Origin: an uncultured delta proteobacterium
GTDB lineage: Bacteria > Desulfobacterota > Syntrophobacteria > Syntrophobacterales > Syntrophobacteraceae
Reading direction: 5' to 3'
NCBI GenBank assembly: GCA_963808625.1
Contig: CAWEHK010000013.1
Coordinates: 1-47,746, forward strand
Length of the DNA stretch: 47,746 nt
A program made the position numbers and the translations under genes. This document shows positions 45,623 through 47,746 of the stretch, piece after piece. The notes beneath the pieces were generated by a model. The model saw only the letters and a program-made list of their open reading frames with translations. It was not told the DNA's origin and ran no database searches. Each line of letters opens with the position of its first letter. The stretch's first letter is position 1.

Positions 45623-47539
45623 ATGACTGAACAGCATGAAATCCTGGATGCATGCACCACCGCATGGCGCGAGGGGCGTCGCGAAGAATGCCACACATTG
45701 ATCGCCGGCAGAGCAACGCGGGAGGTGAGCGACAGTGTGCTTCACCTGGCCTGGGCGGAGCTCCTCGAGGAGATGGGGCGAACGGATGACCAGCTTCAGG
45801 AGCTCCACCTCGCCCTCCGTGATGATCCGGCCAACCGTGCGCTGTATGCCCGGCTCGCGGAAGTTTACCTCGACCTGGGGCGAGCGGACCGGGCGGCCCG
45901 CTGTTGGGCGGCGTGCATCAAGCAGCACCCGGCTGACGCGAGAGCTTACCGGCAGCTTGCCCAGCTCTTCAAGGAGAGCGGCGACTACCCGAAGGCCTTG
46001 CAGGTTTTGCAGGAGGGCCAGGCGCAGACGAAGGACCCCGCCTTTGCGGCCCTCATGCGCGAACTTCAGACCGCCCCCGCTGACCGACCTGCACCGGAAC
46101 CTGCCGCCGCCGGTGAGCAAATCGTCCCGAGCCAACACCACCTGGTCACCTTTACCTCGCTTTTTTCCGGTCGTGAAGGAGTCTATGCACGACAGTGGCT
46201 CAGCCCCACCGGAGAAGGCGGCTATACCCCGGTCCACGAACCATTGACCCTCAAGGTTGCCGAAAACCACCTGCTCGGCAACCACACCGTCGGCGTCTAT
46301 CCGGTGCGCATGGACAATACGGTAAACTTCATCGCCTTTGATCTCGATCTCGCCAAGTTTGCGGTAAACAAGTACATCACCAACCAGAAGGCGTGGAAGC
46401 AGGCGATGCAGCGGCTTCACGGGGTCGCCTGCCGCCTGCTGGATGTTGGCGCCGCCCACGAGCTCCCCGGCTGCCTCGAAGACTCGGGCTTTAAGGGCCG
46501 CCATGTATGGTTTTTTCTGGAGACGCCGGTCCCGGCAGGAATCGCCAAGAAGTGCGGCGATCTGCTGTGCAGCCAACTGGGGGCCATCCCGCCCGAGGTC
46601 GTGATCGAGGTTTTCCCCAAACAGTCGCGGGTCAACCCGGGGGGCCTCGGCAACCTGATCAAGCTGCCGCTCGGCTATCATAAGCGCACCGGACGTCGCG
46701 CCTGTTTTCTCCTGGCGAGCGGTGAGCCGGTCCCGGACCAACTCGAGTTTCTCCAGTCCATTCCCCGGGTCAAGCGGCGCGCCGTCTATGCCGTCATCCA
46801 ACGCCTGGTGGAGGCGGGCCGCGCTGCTGCGCCAACCCCGCCGCAGCAGGTCCCCCAACCGGTCGAGGATGAGGAGCCGCCTTGGGAAACCGCTCCTCAA
46901 GAACCCGCCCGGCTCACTCCCGCCGTACCCGCGGAAGACTACGACCTCGAGCGCGACCTGGAGGTGCAGGTGCTCCTTTCGCGTTGTCCCACCATCCGTT
47001 CGCTCGTCGAGAAGGTGAGCCACACGGCATCGCTCACTAAAGAAGAAACCCTGGTGCTGATCCACACTCTCGGCCACCTGACGAAGGGACCCCTCGCCGT
47101 CAATCAGGTGCTCCAGCGCTGCCGCTATGTTGAGCCGTCGCTTTTCCTCAAATCACCCCTGCGCGGCAATCCGGTGAGTTGCCCGAAGATTCGCAGCCGG
47201 GTCCCGGATATCACTTCAACGGTGGCCTGCAACTGCACCTTTGACCCGGAGATCAACCTCTATCCAACACCGCTCATTCACGTCTACAGCATGCGCCGCG
47301 AACCGCCGGCCCACCCGCTCGGGCTCGCGCTGAATACGCTGCAGTTTCAAAACCTGCTGCAGGAGTACCTGCGCGTGCGCCGCCAGGTCGATGAAGCGCT
47401 GCTGGCGTTGAAACGCCTCGAAGGGCAATTGCGGCAGGTGTTCACCGAGGCCGGCGTGACCTCCCTGCGCACCCCTCTTGGCGAACTGCAGCTGATTAAG
47501 CGGGAGGATGGCCAGGAAGCTTTTGTGTTAAATTTTTGA
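45623..47539 (+). CDS. CRISPR-associated primase-polymerase (CAPP, type A-like): TPR + AEP + Cys-containing C-terminal domain
   Basis: N-terminal TPRs; FSGREGVYARQW, HLLG..TVGVY, FDLD, EDSGFKGRHVW, EVFPKQ, GNLIKLPLG; PVSCPKIR..CNC..YPTP. Confidence 0.85.
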   Translation: MTEQHEILDACTTAWREGRREECHTLIAGRATREVSDSVLHLAWAELLEEMGRTDDQLQELHLALRDDPANRALYARLAEVYLDLGRADRAARCWAACIKQHPADARAYRQLAQLFKESGDYPKALQVLQEGQAQTKDPAFAALMRELQTAPADRPAPEPAAAGEQIVPSQHHLVTFTSLFSGREGVYARQWLSPTGEGGYTPVHEPLTLKVAENHLLGNHTVGVYPVRMDNTVNFIAFDLDLAKFAVNKYITNQKAWKQAMQRLHGVACRLLDVGAAHELPGCLEDSGFKGRHVWFFLETPVPAGIAKKCGDLLCSQLGAIPPEVVIEVFPKQSRVNPGGLGNLIKLPLGYHKRTGRRACFLLASGEPVPDQLEFLQSIPRVKRRAVYAVIQRLVEAGRAAAPTPPQQVPQPVEDEEPPWETAPQEPARLTPAVPAEDYDLERDLEVQVLLSRCPTIRSLVEKVSHTASLTKEETLVLIHTLGHLTKGPLAVNQVLQRCRYVEPSLFLKSPLRGNPVSCPKIRSRVPDITSTVACNCTFDPEINLYPTPLIHVYSMRREPPAHPLGLALNTLQFQNLLQEYLRVRRQVDEALLALKRLEGQLRQVFTEAGVTSLRTPLGELQLIKREDGQEAFVLNF

Positions 47540-47579
47540 TGGACGACGCTCCTTTCAAGATGGACGACGCTCCTTTCAA
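47538..47579. repeat. Exact 21-bp tandem duplication GATGGACGACGCTCCTTTCAA x2
   Basis: Direct reading. Confidence 0.9.
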
Positions 47580-47746
47580 ATGGCAGGGCGGGGTTGCGTC
47601 CCCGCTTGGCTTGTGCCCCGAGCGATCGTTATGAGGCCAACGAATTCGATTCACGTGTGGCTTCAAAAGAGCCGCATCCAATTCAATTGAGGACCATAGA
47701 GCCATGAACCGATGAACATCCTGTTGAGAACGCGCAGGCTGAATGA

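Noticed and set aside
45509..47077. 522-aa minus-strand ORF
   Set aside because: Antisense shadow of the GC-rich CAPP gene with no recognisable motifs
47538..47579. Start of a CRISPR array
   Set aside because: Only two adjacent copies, no spacer, 21 bp

Overview
Bacterial window, most consistent with a deltaproteobacterium/Desulfobacterota (inferred from gene content and order). Many genes, including normally essential ones (lnt, nadE, prfB), are broken by 1-2 nt indels, which points to an unpolished long-read assembly. 1-16 kb is accessory or envelope genes: Gly-zipper lipoprotein pair, Kef/CPA2 antiporter, DUF3124, a secreted six-repeat EF-hand protein, a decayed DUF4062-like/NACHT gene, Uma2 nuclease, M42 peptidase, cyclophilin and a cytochrome c. 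16-30 kb is a minus-strand housekeeping block: NifA-like GAF/sigma54 activator, sigma54 promoter-nadE-glnB-glnD, REC-GGDEF, speD-like-speB, corC-lnt-prfB. 30-47.5 kb is a type III-B CRISPR-Cas (Cmr) locus: NE0113-type CARF fused to a wHTH, cas6, APE2256-type CARF with a C-terminal effector, cmr1-6, an inserted toxin-antitoxin cluster (decayed AbrB/RelE, MNT-HEPN, MazEF-like), csx20, Can2/Card1 and a TPR-primase-polymerase (CAPP). No CRISPR array or cas1/cas2 is visible in the window. Intergenic spaces are filled with period-7 tandem repeats and REP/MITE-like palindromes. Best leads: a possible cOA-responsive CARF-wHTH regulator with a direct-repeat site in front of cas6, the CARF protein with an atypical RelE/DUF2103-like tail, an RBS-led uORF in the long leader of the speD-like/agmatinase operon, and an orientation rule for the heptamer arrays.
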